Origin: Cyanophora paradoxa CCMP329
Lineage: Eukaryota; Plantae; Glaucophyta
NCBI GenBank assembly: GCA_004431415.1
Contig: QPMI01000564.1
Coordinates: 1-64,000 of the forward strand
DNA: 64,000 bases
Direction: 5' to 3'
Shown here: positions 1 through 12,539 of the stretch, piece by piece
Layout of the letters: every line of letters begins with the position of its first letter
Numbering within the stretch: the first letter of the stretch is position 1
Program-made: the position numbers and the translations under genes
The notes under the pieces: generated by a model
Databases searched by the model: none
The model's input: the letters and a program-made list of their open reading frames with translations, nothing else
Told to the model about the DNA's origin: nothing

Positions 1-622
1 CACGGGCGCTCCAGGCCCTGAGGCCCCGCGACCGCTTCCGCGGTCTTATGCGGCCCACACGCCTCCGCGCGGCGCGCTTCCGCGCCTAACCTGCTTGCAC
101 AGGGCAGGACGGTGGTGGGCTCGCTTTCGGTGCCCACCGGCTGGGATGGTTGTAGATTCCGCCGCGGCCCCGAGGTCCGTAACGGCCTCGCGCAACTTCA
201 CGCCGACGCGCAGTGCGACCGCCTTGCCCGCCCTCCACCCGTAGCGCGCCCCTGGCCCGCACCGCCCAGCATGACTTGTCGGCGGCGGAGATCTGGCGGC
301 GCCATTATCCAGCACCGCCCCGGTTCGTCGACTGCCCCATAGGGGTACGGCGAGACCTCCCCCCAGCCTTCTGGGCCGGCTCGTTACCTCGGGCTTCGTG
401 GCCCGCCCCGGCCCTATGTTTGTTTGTCCGAATTCACGCTCTCTGCCCGTTCCTCCTACAGCGCAGTGCGCTGGGAGAGGGAGGCCTAGCGTCTAGGACA
501 CGTGGGGTGGCAGGGAAGGAGGAAGGAGAGGGGGGGAAGGGGGAGGGCGAAACAACCTTCGCCCTCTTGCTCACTTTGTTCCTATGTATGCTATTCTGGC
601 TGGCTGTGACCTGACTCTTGTT

Positions 623-1174
623 TGGTAGGGGGTACTGCATTCGTGCTGCGTTCGCTACGCTCACCCCCGCGGCCTCCGGCGCGGTACCCGGCTTCGGATC
701 CCCGAACCCGGAAGAAACGCGTACCCCTCCCCGGGGTACGCCGTTCGCCCCAACCGGCCCCACAAGGCGCGGCCCGAGGCCGAACGCGTACCCCGGAGAG
801 GGGTACGCGTCAGAGCGGCCCCGATCAAGTGTACCCCCGAGCGGGGTACCCGATCGGTCCGCGACGGCCCCGAGCGGAGTACCCCGAGCGGGGTACACCG
901 TCTCGGCCCGCAACGGCCCTCACCGGGGTACAGGCGCCTAGCGCGCTTACCCGGAGAGTTCTTGTTCCGGAACTCGCAGGGCGAGGCCGGAATGGCATAC
1001 GGCGATCCGCCTGGTCGGTCGCCAACGTATTATGATACGTGGTTCCCGGGAAAGCAGCCATATAGAGCTGCCGTACCTCAGGGCCCAACCGATGCGCTAT
1101 CCGTGCATCTAGCTAAGTAGTGCCAGGCGTAAGATAGCTAGGTCTTCTGCATTCGAATGAAGCGAGGCGTAAAT
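623..1174 (+). repeat. ~550-bp direct repeat, copy 1 (LTR-like, or first part of a partial tandem 1.5-kb unit)
   Basis: Runs from TGGTAGGGGGTACTGC to GAGGCGTAAAT and is nearly identical to 2138-2699. Contains many GTACCCC...GGGGTAC hairpins. Confidence 0.85.
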
Positions 1175-2137
1175 CGGGATTTGCGCTCTCAATGCGTAAA
1201 TCGAGTTTTGCGCCGACGGAATGCGAACAAAGAAGACCGTAGCCGAGCGCCAGGCACGAAAGAGCTGAGCGACTCGCTAGCCGCGGAGCGGCGCGAGGCG
1301 AGCACGGGATAAGCAGCAGGCTGCAGCAAGCGTCCCGCAAGGGACTAGCTGAGCTAGCCGTTGGGCCGAGCCGGCGGGCTTGAAGCCGCCGAGCTCCGGG
1401 GGGTACGCTGATTCGGGGTTTCCCTGCACGCCCAGCTTCGCTCGTGGCCGCCCCAGGCCACGAAGCGACCAGCGGCGAAGCGAAATCGCTCCCGCCCACC
1501 TCCCCGCGATTTTCCCTCTGGGGCGCCGAACCTCGCTACCCAGCGAGCCCCGACGCCGCGAAAAGTTCGCGCAAAGAGGCAATGCATACGGCGACCAGCG
1601 CCAGCGTTCGCCGAGGGTTTTATAATACGTGGTTCCTTGTCGTCTCCTGCGCACGCGGTTCCGGATGTTACTCCCGCTCGGTGCCGGCCACCAGCACGGA
1701 CATGATCGTGCACAGCTGATTCGTGGTGATTTCCGATGGTTCCGTCGAAGATTCGGGCACGAACCGCGCCGACCCGGTGTACCGGTCGTCAGTCGTGTTT
1801 TTCACGCGCGCCGCTGGACCCACTGGTGCCGGGCCGGGTCCAGCACGCCCCCAAGAAACAGTCGCGCGGCTTCGTGGAGAATCTCGAGTTTTTCCCCGCC
1901 TGGTTTACCCTGCTATTCCTCTGGACCCGCGGGCGCCGAGCCGCGGTCCAGCGTGCATTACCGTTACGCGGTTTTTCCCGCGGTAACTTGCCGGTTTTTC
2001 GAGTCTGCCGCCCCGGCGCGGGGGGAGACTTCGCGCATGAATTCGGAATCCTATTGGTCTTGATGAGCCTCGGTTGTCGTACGTGTACGACCCCTTGGTC
2101 TCATGGTCGTCCGCGGACGACGGGCACGCTACGCGTG

Positions 2138-2699
2138 TGGTAGGGGGTACTGCATTCGTGCTGCGTTCGCTACGCTCACCCCCGCGGCCTCCGGCGGCGG
2201 TACCCGGCTTCGGATCCCCGAACCCGGAAGAAACCGCGTACCCCTCCCCGGGGTACGCCGTTCGCCCCAACCGGCCCCACAAGGCGCGGCCCGAGGCCGA
2301 ACGCGTACCCCGGAGAGGGGTACGGCGTCAGAGCGGCCCCGATCAAGTGTACCCCCGAGCGGGGTACCCCGATCGGTCCCGCGACGGCCCCGAGCGGAGT
2401 ACCCCCGAGCGGGGTACACCGTCTCGGCCCGCAACGGCCCTCACCGGGGTACAGGCGCCTAGCGCGCTTACCCCGGAGAGTTCTTGTTCCGGAACTCGCA
2501 AGGGCGAGGCCGGAATGGCATACGGCGATCCGCCCTGGTCGGTCGCCAACGTATTATGATACGTGGTTCCCGGGAAAGCAGCCATATAGAGCTGCCGTAC
2601 CTCAGGGCCCAACCGATGCGCTATCCCGTGCATCTAGCTAAGTAGTGCCAGGCGTAAGATAGCTAGGTCTTCTGCATTCGAATGAAGCGAGGCGTAAAT
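2138..2699 (+). repeat. ~560-bp direct repeat, copy 2
   Basis: Same sequence as 623-1174 apart from single-base indels. Confidence 0.85.
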
Positions 2700-5600
2700 T
2701 CTAGTAAACAGGCTGTACCTAGCCCTGGCGCACTAGAGCCAGTCTGCCTGGCATCTGGCATGTTAATGTACCGGGCTGACTGTGATTGGGGTTTGGCGAG
2801 CCAATCATGTGCGAGGGCGGACTCGGCTGGAAATGAGTTTTTTTCTCGTCTGACCGATGCCTCCCGGTACACCCGGAACGCCGGCGAGGAGAGGGGGGGA
2901 AGAGGCGCACCCGGCTCCGCATGATAGGCGGTACTATTGTTGTTCATCAAGTAGGGCCACTGCTGGTGCCCTAACAGGGGGCGTTCCGGCCTGATATCTA
3001 CGGCCGCAGATGGCGCAGTCACTATATGCAGTAGGGCGGGCGGCGGAGTCGAGGCCTGCTCGCAGTCTGCAGCGGCCGGGGCCGCTGGCCTTAAAGGAGA
3101 GGGGAGCGCCGCGTCGGCGGCTGCCGCGGTGCGGGGGGGTACGACACCGCGAGGCCGGGGGGTACCCGAGAGCGATGCGGGGCGCGGGGCGGGTGCCTCA
3201 GGCGGCGGGGTCACGTCTGCAGCGGCCGGGGTCGCTGGCCTTGAGGGGGAGGGGGACGTCGCGGCGGCCGCTGCCGCGGCAGGGGGTACGACACCGCGAG
3301 AGAGGGGCCCGTGGCGGGCTCCCGGTAGGAGTGCCGCCGGGGGGGTACGCGGGGCGGGGGCGGCGAGCGGAGGGAGGGCTTCGGGCGCCGCTGACGGCGA
3401 TAGGGCGCGTCCCCGTTCGCCGATCGACGCCGAGTCCTGCTGTGGGGGTACAGCTTCCGGGGCGGGCGAGGGCTGGGGGGTACCCGAGAGCGCGACGGGG
3501 CTCGGAGCAGAAGCTTCGGGCGGCGGGGTCACGTCTGCAGCGGCCGGGGTCGCTGGCCTTGAAGGGGAGGGGGACGTCGCGGCGGCCGCTGCCGCGGCGG
3601 GGGGTATGACACCGCGAGAGGGGGGCCCGTGGCCGGCTCCCGGTAGGAGTGCCGCCGGGGGGTACGCGGGGCGGGGGCGGCGAGCGGAGGGAGGGCGTCG
3701 GGCGCCGCTGACGGCGATAAGGCGCGTCCCGTTCGCCGATCGACGCCGAGTCCTGCGGTGGGGGTACAGCTTCCGGGGCGGGCGAGGGCTGGGAGGTACC
3801 CGAGAGCGCGACGGGGCTCGGAGCAGAAGCCTCGGGCGGCGGAGTCGCGTCTGCAGCGGCCGGGGCCACTGGCCTAGAAGGAGAGGGGGCGCCGCGGCGG
3901 CCGCCGCCGCGGCGGCCGCCGTCGCGGCGGGGGGTACGACACCGCAAGAGGGACGTCGTGGCGGGCTCCCGGCAGGAGTGCCACCGGGGGGTACGCAGGG
4001 CGGGGGCGGCGAGCGGAGGGAAAACAAGAGCGGCGACGGGCGCCGTTGGCAGCGCCAGAGCACGTCTCACATCGCCGATCACCGCCGAGTGCTGCGGCGG
4101 CGTGTAGCTTCCGGGGCGAGCGAGGGCCGGGGGTACCCGAGAGCGATGCGGGGCGCGGGCGGGTGCCTCAGGCGGCGGGGTCACGTCTGCAGCGGCCGGG
4201 TCGCTGGCCTTGAAGGGGAGGGGGACTTCGCGGCGGCCGCTGCCGCGGGGGGGGTGCGACACCGCGAGAGGGGCCCGTGGCGGGCTCCGGGAAGGAGCGC
4301 CGCCGGGGGGTACGCAGGCGGGGGCGGCGAGCGGGGGCGGGCGTCGGGCGCCGCTGGCGGCGATAGGGCGCGTCTCCGTTCGCCGATCGACGCCGAGTCC
4401 TGCTGTGGGAGTACAGCTTCCGGGGCGGGCGAGAGCTGGGGGGTACCCGAGAGCGCGACGAGGCTCAGAGCAGAAGCCTCGGGCGGCGGAGTCGCGTCTG
4501 CAGCGGCCGGGGTCGCTGGCCTTGAAGGGGAGGGGGACGTCGCGGCGGCCGCTGCCGCGGCGGGGGGTATGACACCGCGAGAGGGGGGCCCGTGGCGGGC
4601 TCCCGGTAGGAGTGCCGCCGGGGGGGGTACGCGGGGCGGGGGCGGCGAGCGGAGGGAGGGCTTCGGGCGCCGCTGACGGCGATAGGGCGCGTCCCCGTTC
4701 GCCGATCGACGCCGAGTCCTGCGGTGGGGGTACAGCTTCCGGGGCGGGCGAGGGCTGGGAGGTACCCGAGAGCGCGACGGGGCTCGGAGCAGAAGCCTCG
4801 GGCGGCGGAGTCGCGTCTGCAGCGGCCGGGCCACTGGCCTAGAAGGAGAGGGGGCGCCGCGGCGGCCGCCGCCGCGGCGGCCACCGTCGCCGCGGGGGTA
4901 TGACACCGCGAGAGGGGACGTCGTGGCGGGCTCCCGGCAGGAGTGCCACCGGGGGGGTACGCAGGGCGGGGGCGGCGAGCGGAGGGAAAACAAGAGCGGC
5001 GACGGGCGCCGTTGGCAGCGCCAGAGCACGTCTCACATCGCCGATCACCGCCGAGTGCTGCGGCGGGCGTGTAGCTTCCGGGGCGAGCGAGGGCCGGGGG
5101 GTACCCAAGAGCGATGCGGGGCGCAGGGCGGGTGCCTCAGGCGGCGGGGTCACGTCTGCAGCGGCCGGGGTCGCTGGCCTTGAAGGGGAGGGGGACTTCG
5201 CGGCGGCCGCTGCCGCGGCGGGGGGTGCGACACCGCGAGAGGGGGCCCCGTGGCGGGCTCCAGGAAGGAGCGCCGCCGGGGGGGTACGCAGGGCGGGGGC
5301 GGCGAGCGGGGGGCGGGCGTCGGGCGCCGCTGGCGGCGATAGGGCGCGTCTCCGTTCGCCGATCGACGCCGAGTCCTGCTGTGGGAGTACAGCTTCCGGG
5401 CGGGCGAGAGCTGGGGGTACCCGAGAGCGCGACGAGGCTCAGAGCAGAAGCCTCGGGCGGCGGAGTCGCGTCTGCAGCGGCCGGGGCCACTGGCCTAGAA
5501 GGAGAGGGGGCGCCGCGGCGGCCGCCGCCGCGGCGGCCGCCGTCGCGGCGGGGGTACGACACCGCAAGAGGGGGCGTTGTGGCAGTCTCATGGCAGGAGT

Positions 5601-8600
5601 GCCGCCGGGGGGTACGCGGGCGGGGCGGCGAGCGGAGGGAGGGCGTCGGGCGCCGCTGACGGCGATAGGGCGCGTCTCCGTTCGCCGATCGACGCCGAGT
5701 CCTGCGGCGGGGATACAGCTTTCGGGGCGGGCGAGGGCTGGGGGGTACCCGAGAGCGCGACGGGGCTCGGAGCAGAAGCCTCGGGCGGCGGAGTCGTGTC
5801 TGCAACGGCCGGGGCCACTGGCCTAGAGGGAGAGGGGGGCGCCGCGGCGGCCGCCGTCGCGGCGGGGGGTACGACACTGCAAGAGGGGACGTCGTGGCAG
5901 TCTCCAGGAAGGAGCGCCGCCGGGGGGGTACGCGGGGCGGGGGCGGCGAGCGGAGGGCGGGCGTCGGGCGCCGCTGACGGCGATAGGGCGCGTCTCCGTT
6001 CGCCGATCGACGCCGAGTCCTGCGGTGGGGGTACAGCTTCCGGGGCGGGCGAGGGCTGGGAAATACCCGAGAGCGCGACGGGGCTCGGAGCAGAAGCCTC
6101 GGGCGGCGGAGTCGCGTCTGCAGCGGCCGGGGTCGCTGGCCTTGAAGGGGAGGGGGACGTCGCGGCGGCCGCTGCCGCGGCGGGGGGTATGACACCGCGA
6201 GAGGGGGGCCCGTGGCGGGCTCCCGGTAGGAGTGCCGCCGGGGGGGGTACGCGGGGCGGGGGCGGCGAGCGGAGGGAGGGCGTCGGGCGCCGCTGACGGC
6301 GATAGGGCGCGTCCCCGTTCGCCGATCGACGCCGAGTCCTGCGGTGGGGGTACAGCTTCCGGGGCGGGCGAGGGCTGGGAGGTACCCGAGAGCGCGACGG
6401 GGCTCGGAGCAGAAGCCTCGGGCGGCGGAGTCGCGTCTGCAGCGGCCGGGGCCACTGGCCTAGAAGGAGAGGGGGGCGCCGCGGCGGCCGCCGCCGCGGC
6501 GGCCACCGTCGCCGCGGGGGGTATGACACCGCGAGAGGGGACGTCGTGGCGGGCTCCCGGCAGGAGTGCCACCGGGGGGGTACGCAGGGCGGGGGCGGTG
6601 AGCGGAGGGAAAACAAGAGCGGCGACGGGCGCCGTTGGCAGCGCCAGAGCACGTCTCACATCGCCGATCACCGCCGAGTGCTGCGGCGGGCGTGTAGCTT
6701 CCGGGGCGAGCGAGGGCCGGGGGGTACCCGAGAGCGATGCGGGGCGCGGGGCGGGTGCCTCAGGCGGCGGGGTCACGTCTGCAGCGGCCGGGGTCGCTGG
6801 CCTTGAAGGGGAGGGGGACTTCGCGGCGGCCGCTGCCGCGGCGGGGGGTGCGACACCGCGAGAGGGGGCCCCGTGGCGGGCTCCGGGAAGGAGCGCCGCC
6901 GGGGGGGTACGCAGGGCGGGGGCGGCGAGCGGGGGGCGGGCGTCGGGCGCCGCTGGCGGCGATAGGGCGCGTCTCCGTTCGCCGATCGACGCCGAGTCCT
7001 GCTGTGGGAGTACAGCTTCCGGGGCGGGCGAGAGCTGGGGGGTACCCGAGAGCGCGACGGGGCTCGGAGCAGAAGCTTCGGGCGGCGGGGTCACGTCTGC
7101 AGCGGCCGGGGTCGCTGGCCTTGAAGGGGAGGGGGACGTCGCGGCGGCCGCCGCCGCGGCGGCCGCCGTTGCGGCGGGGGGTACGACACCGCAAGAGGGG
7201 GCGTTGTGGCAGTCTCATGGCAGGAGTGCCGCCGGGGGGGTACGCGGGGCGGGGGCGGCGAGCGGAGGGAGGGCGTCGGGCGCCGCTGACGGCGATAGGG
7301 CGCGTCTCCGTTCGCCGATCGACGCCGAGTCCTGCGGCGGGGATACAGCTTTCGGGGCGGGCGAGGGCTGGGGGGTACCCGAGAGCGCGACGGGGCTCGG
7401 AGCAGAAGCCTCGGGCGGCGGAGTCGCGTCTGCAGCGGCCGGGGTCGCTGGCCTTGAAGGGGAGGGGGACGTCGCGGTGGCCGCTGCCGCGGCGGGGGGT
7501 ATGACACCGCGAGAGGGGGGCCCGTGGCGGGCTCCCGGTAGGAGTGCCGCCGGGGGGGGTACGCGGGGCGGGGGCGGCGAGCGGAGGAGGGCGGCGGGCG
7601 CCGCTGACGGCGATAGGGCGCGTCCCCGTTCGCCGATCGACGCCGAGTCCTGCGGTGGGGGTACAGCTTCCGGGCGGGCGAGGGCTGGGAGGTACCCGAG
7701 AGCGCGACGGGGCTCGGAGCAGAAGCCTCGGGCGGCGGAGTCGCGTCTGCAGCGGCCGGGGCCACTGGCCTAGAAGGAGAGGGGGGCGCCGCGGCGGCCG
7801 CCGCCGCGGCGGCCACCGTCGCCGCGGGGGGTATGACACCGCGAGAGGGGACGTCGTGGCGGGCTCCCGGCAGGAGTGCCACCGGGGGGGTACGCAGGGC
7901 GGGGGCGGCGAGCGGAGGGAAAACAAGAGCGGCGACGGGCGCCGTTGGCAGCGCCAGAGCACGTCTCACATCGCCGATCACCGCCGAGTGCTGCGGCGGG
8001 CGTGTAGCTTCCGGGGCGAGCGAGGGCCGGGGGGTACCCGAGAGCGATGCGGGGCGCGGGGCGGGTGCCTCAGGCGGCGGGGTCACGTCTGCAGCGGCCG
8101 GGGTCGCTGGCCTTGAAGGGGAGGGGGACTTCGCGGCGGCCGCTGCCGCGGCGGGGGGTGCGACACCGCGAGAGGGGGCCCCGTGGCGGGCTCCGGGAAG
8201 GAGCGCCGCCGGGGGGGTACGCAGGGCGGGGGCGGCGAGCGGGGGGCGGGCGTCGGGCGCCGCTGGCGGCGATAGGGCGCGTCTCCATTCGCCGATCGAC
8301 GCCGAGTCCTGCTGTGGGAGTACAGCTTCCGGGGCGGGCGAGAGCTGGGGGGTACCCGAGAGCGCGACGAGGCTCAGAGCAGAAGCCTCGGGCGGCGGAG
8401 TCGCGTCTGCAGCGGCCGGGGCCACTGGCCTAGAAGGAGAGGGGGGCGCCGCGGCGGCCGCCGCCGCGGCGGCCGCCGTCGCGGCGGGGGGTACGACACC
8501 GCAAGAGGGGGCGTTGTGGCAGTCTCATGGCAGGAGTGCCGCCGGGGGGGTACGCGGGGCGGGGGCGGCGAGCGGAGGGAGGGCGTCGGGCGCCGCTGAC

Positions 8601-11600
8601 GGCGATAGGGCGCGTCTCCGTTCGCCGATCGACGCCGAGTCCTGCGGCGGGGATACAGCTTTCGGGGCGGGCGAGGGCTGGGGGGTACCCGAGAGCGCGA
8701 CGGGGCTCGGAGCAGAAGCCTCGGGCGGCGGAGTCGCGTCTGCAACGGCCGGGGCCACTGGCCTAGAGGGAGAGGGGGGCGCCGCGGCGGCCGCCGTCGC
8801 GGCGGGGGGTACGACACTGCAAGAGGGGACGTCGTGGCAGTCTCCAGGAAGGAGCGCCGCCGGGGGGGTACGCGGGGCGGGGGCGGCGAGCGGAGGGCGG
8901 GCGTCGGGCGCCGCTGACGGCGATAGGGCGCGTCTCCGTTCGCCGATCGACGCCGAGTCCTGCGGTGGGGGTACAGCTTCCGGGGCGGGCGAGGGCTGGG
9001 AAATACCCGAGAGCGCGACGGGGCTCGGAGCAGAAGCCTCGGGCGGCGGAGTCGCGTCTGCAGCGGCCGGGGTCGCTGGCCTTGAAGGGGAGGGGGACGT
9101 CGCGGCGGCCGCTGCCGCGGCGGGGGGTATGACACCGCGAGAGGGGGGCCCGTGGCGGGCTCCCGGTAGGAGTGCCGCCGGGGGGGGTACGCGGGGCGGG
9201 GGCGGCGAGCGGAGGGAGGGCGTCGGGCGCCGCTGACGGCGATAGGGCGCGTCCCCGTTCGCCGATCGACGCCGAGTCCTGCGGTGGGGGTACAGCTTCC
9301 GGGGCGGGCGAGGGCTGGGAGGTACCCGAGAGCGCGACGGGGCTCAGAGCAGAAGCCTCGGGCGGCGGAGTCGCGTCTGCAGCGGCCGGGGCCACTGGCC
9401 TAGAAGGAGAGGGGGGCGCCGCGGCGGCCGCCGCCGCGGCGGCCACCGTCGCCGCGGGGGGTATGACACCGCGAGAGGGGACGTCGTGGCGGGCTCCCGG
9501 CAGGAGTGCCACCGGGGGGGTACGCAGGGCGGGGGCGGTGAGCGGAGGGAAAACAAGAGCGGCGACGGGCGCCGTTGGCAGCGCCAGAGCACGTCTCACA
9601 TCGCCGATCACCGCCGAGTGCTGCGGCGGGCGTGTAGCTTCCGGGGCGAGCGAGGGCCGGGGGGTACCCGAGAGCGATGCGGGGCGCGGGGCGGGTGCCT
9701 CAGGCGGCGGGGTCACGTCTGCAGCGGCCGGGGTCGCTGGCCTTGAAGGGGAGGGGGACTTCGCGGCGGCCGCTGCCGCGGCGGGGGGTACGACACCGCA
9801 AGAGGGGGCGTTGTGGCAGTCTCATGGCAGGAGTGCCGCCGGGGGGGTACGCGGGGCGGGGGCGGCGAGCGGAGGGAGGGCGTCGGGCGCCGCTGACGGC
9901 GATAGGGCGCGTCTCCGTTCGCCGATCGACGCCGAGTCCTGCGGCGGGGATACAGCTTTCGGGGCGGGCGAGGGCTGGGGGGTACCCGAGAGCGCGACGG
10001 GGCTCGGAGCAGAAGCTTCGGGCGGCGGAGTCGTGTCTGCAACGGCCGGGGCCACTGGCCTAGAGGGAGAGGGGGGCGCCGCGGCGGCCGCCGCCGCGGC
10101 GGCCGCCGTTGCGGCGGGGGGTACGACACCGCAAGAGGGGGCGTTGTGGCAGTCTCATGGCAGGAGTGCCGCCGGGGGGGTACGCGGGGCGGGGGCGGCG
10201 AGCGGAGGGAGGGCGTCGGGCGCCGCTGACGGCGATAGGGCGCGTCTCCGTTCGCCGATCGACGCCGAGTCCTGCGGCGGGGATACAGCTTTCGGGGCGG
10301 GCGAGGGCTGGGGGGTACCCGAGAGCGCGACGGGGCTCGGAGCAGAAGCCTCGGGCGGCGGAGTCGCGTCTGCAGCGGCCGGGGTCGCTGGCCTTGAAGG
10401 GGAGGGGGACGTCGCGGCGGCCGCTGCCGCGGCGGGGGGTATGACACCGCGAGAGGGGGGCCCGTGGCGGGCTCCCGGTAGGAGTGCCGCCGGGGGGGGT
10501 ACGCGGGGCGGGGGCGGCGAGCGGAGGGAGGGCGTCGGGCGCCGCTGACGGCGATAGGGCGCGTCCCCGTTCGCCGATCGACGCCGAGTCCTGCGGTGGG
10601 GGTACAGCTTCCGGGGCGGGCGAGGGCTGGGAGGTACCCGAGAGCGCGACGGGGCTCGGAGCAGAAGCCTCGGGCGGCGGAGTCGCGTCTGCAGCGGCCG
10701 GGGCCACTGGCCTAGAAGGAGAGGGGGGCGCCGCGGCGGCCGCCGCCGCGGCGGCCACCGTCGCCGCGGGGGTATGACACCGCGAGAGGGGACGTCGTGG
10801 CGGGCTCCCGGCAGGAGTGCCACCGGGGGGTACGCAGGGCGGGGGCGGCGAGCGGAGGGAAAACAAGAGCGGCGACGGGCGCCGTTGGCAGCGCCAGAGC
10901 ACGTCTCACATCGCCGATCACCGCCGAGTGCTGCGGCGGGCGTGTAGCTTCCGGGGCGAGCGAGGGCCGGGGGGTACCCGAGAGCGATGCGGGGCGCGGG
11001 GCGGGTGCCTCAGGCGGCGGGTCACGTCTGCAGCGGCCGGGGTCGCTGGCCTTGAAGGGGAGGGGACTTCGCGGCGGCCGCTGCCGCGGCGGGGGGTGCG
11101 ACACCGCGAGAGGGGGCCCCGTGGCGGGCTCCGAGAAGGAGCGCCGCCGGGGGGGTACGCAGGGCGGGGGCGGCGAGCGGGGGGCGGGCGTCGGGCGCTG
11201 CTGGCGGCGATAGGGCGCGTCTCCGTTCGCCGATCGACGCCGAGTCCTGCTGTGGGAGTACAGCTTCCGGGGCGGGCGAGAGCTGGGGGGTACCCGAGAG
11301 CGCGACGAGGCTCAGAGCAGAAGCCTCGGGCGGCGGAGTCGCGTCTGCAGCGGCCGGGGCCACTGGCCTAGAAGGAGAGGGGGGCGCCGCGGCGGCCGCC
11401 GTCGCGGCGGGGGGTACGACACCGCAAGAGGGGGCGTCGTGGCAGTCTCCCGGCAGGAGTGCCGCCGGGGGGGTACGCGGGGCGGGGGCGGCGAGCGGAG
11501 GGAGGGCGTCGGGCGCCCCTGACGGCGATAGGGCGCGTCTCCGTTCGCCGATCGACGCCGAGTCCTGCGGTGGGGGTACAGCTTCCGGGGCGGGCGAGAG

Positions 11601-12311
11601 CTGGGGGGTACCCGAGAGCGCGACGGGGCTCGGAGCAGAAGCCTCGGGCGGCGGAGTCGCGTCTGCAGCGGCCGGGGCCACTGGCCTAGAAGGAGAGGGG
11701 GGCGCCGCGGCGGCCGCCGGTGCGGCGGGGGGTACGACACTGCAAGAGGGGACGTCGTGGCGGGCTCCCGGCAGGAGTGCCGCCGGGGGGGTACGCAGGG
11801 CGGGGGCGGCGAGCGGAGGGCGGGCGTCGGGCGCCGCTGGCGGCGATAGGGCGCGTCTCCGTTCGCCGATCGACGCTGAGTCCTGCGGCGGGGATACAGC
11901 TTCCGGGGCGGGCAAGGGCTGGGGGGTACCCGAGAGCGCGACGGGGCTCGGAGCAGAAGCCTCGGGCGGCGGAGTTGCGTCTGCAGCGGCCGGGGCCACT
12001 GGCCTAGAAGGAGAGGGGGGCGCCGCGGCGTCCGCCGTCGCGGGGGGAGGTACGACACCGCAAGAGGGGGCGTCGTGGCAGTCTTCCGGCAGGAGTGCCG
12101 CCAGGGGGGTACGCGGGGCGGGGGCGGCGAGCGGAGGGAGGGCGTTGTGCGCCGCTGACGGCGTCGGGGCACGGCTTGGATCGCTGATCGGCGCCGAGTT
12201 CTGCGGCTGGGGTACAGTTTCCGGGGCGAGCAAGGGCCGGGGGGTACCCGGGAGCGCGGCGGGGCGCGGGGCGGAGGCCTCGGACGGCGGCGTCTGCATG
12301 GGGACCGGCAT
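2663..12311 (-). CDS. Possible very long Pro/Ala-rich repeat protein (~107-aa repeats), split by homopolymer indels
   Basis: One minus-strand reading (PPPEASAPSPVALSGTPQPSPAPEAV...) recurs through all monomers with unique flanks (MPVPMQTPP... and ...LLGHQQWPYLMNNNSTAY...). The plus strand is also open, so coding status is uncertain. Confidence 0.3.
3055..12290. repeat. GC-rich tandem array, ~320-327-bp monomer, roughly 28 copies, with a 2,940-bp higher-order duplication
   Basis: Landmarks such as CCGATCGACGCCGAGTCCTGC and GGTACCCGAGAGCGCGACG recur about every 320 bp. The variant marker AAAACAAGAGC occurs near 4021, 4988, 6610, 7920, 9550 and 10860. The stretch from 5821 matches the stretch from 8761. 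Confidence 0.95.
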
Positions 12312-12539
12312 GGAGCAGGGGCTTGCGCCCTCTGTGGCGTTCTGCGCAAGAAAAGCAGTCCAGGGAAGGGGCGGGGGAGGTGTGACTGGCGAGGGGGGCG
12401 GGGACAGGCCAGCGGCGATTGGGACGCCGAGCGCGAGGACAAAGCATACCACGGTGGGTGCGGAGGAGAGTTGGAGGCCCAGGAGACGTTGCCGGCCGCG
12501 CCGGGCTGAGGCTACGCCGCAAGCAACGTACTCGTAGCT

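Noticed and set aside
1-620. Short GC-rich ORFs, possibly the 3' end of another retroelement
   Set aside because: No recognisable motif; too little context at the window edge.
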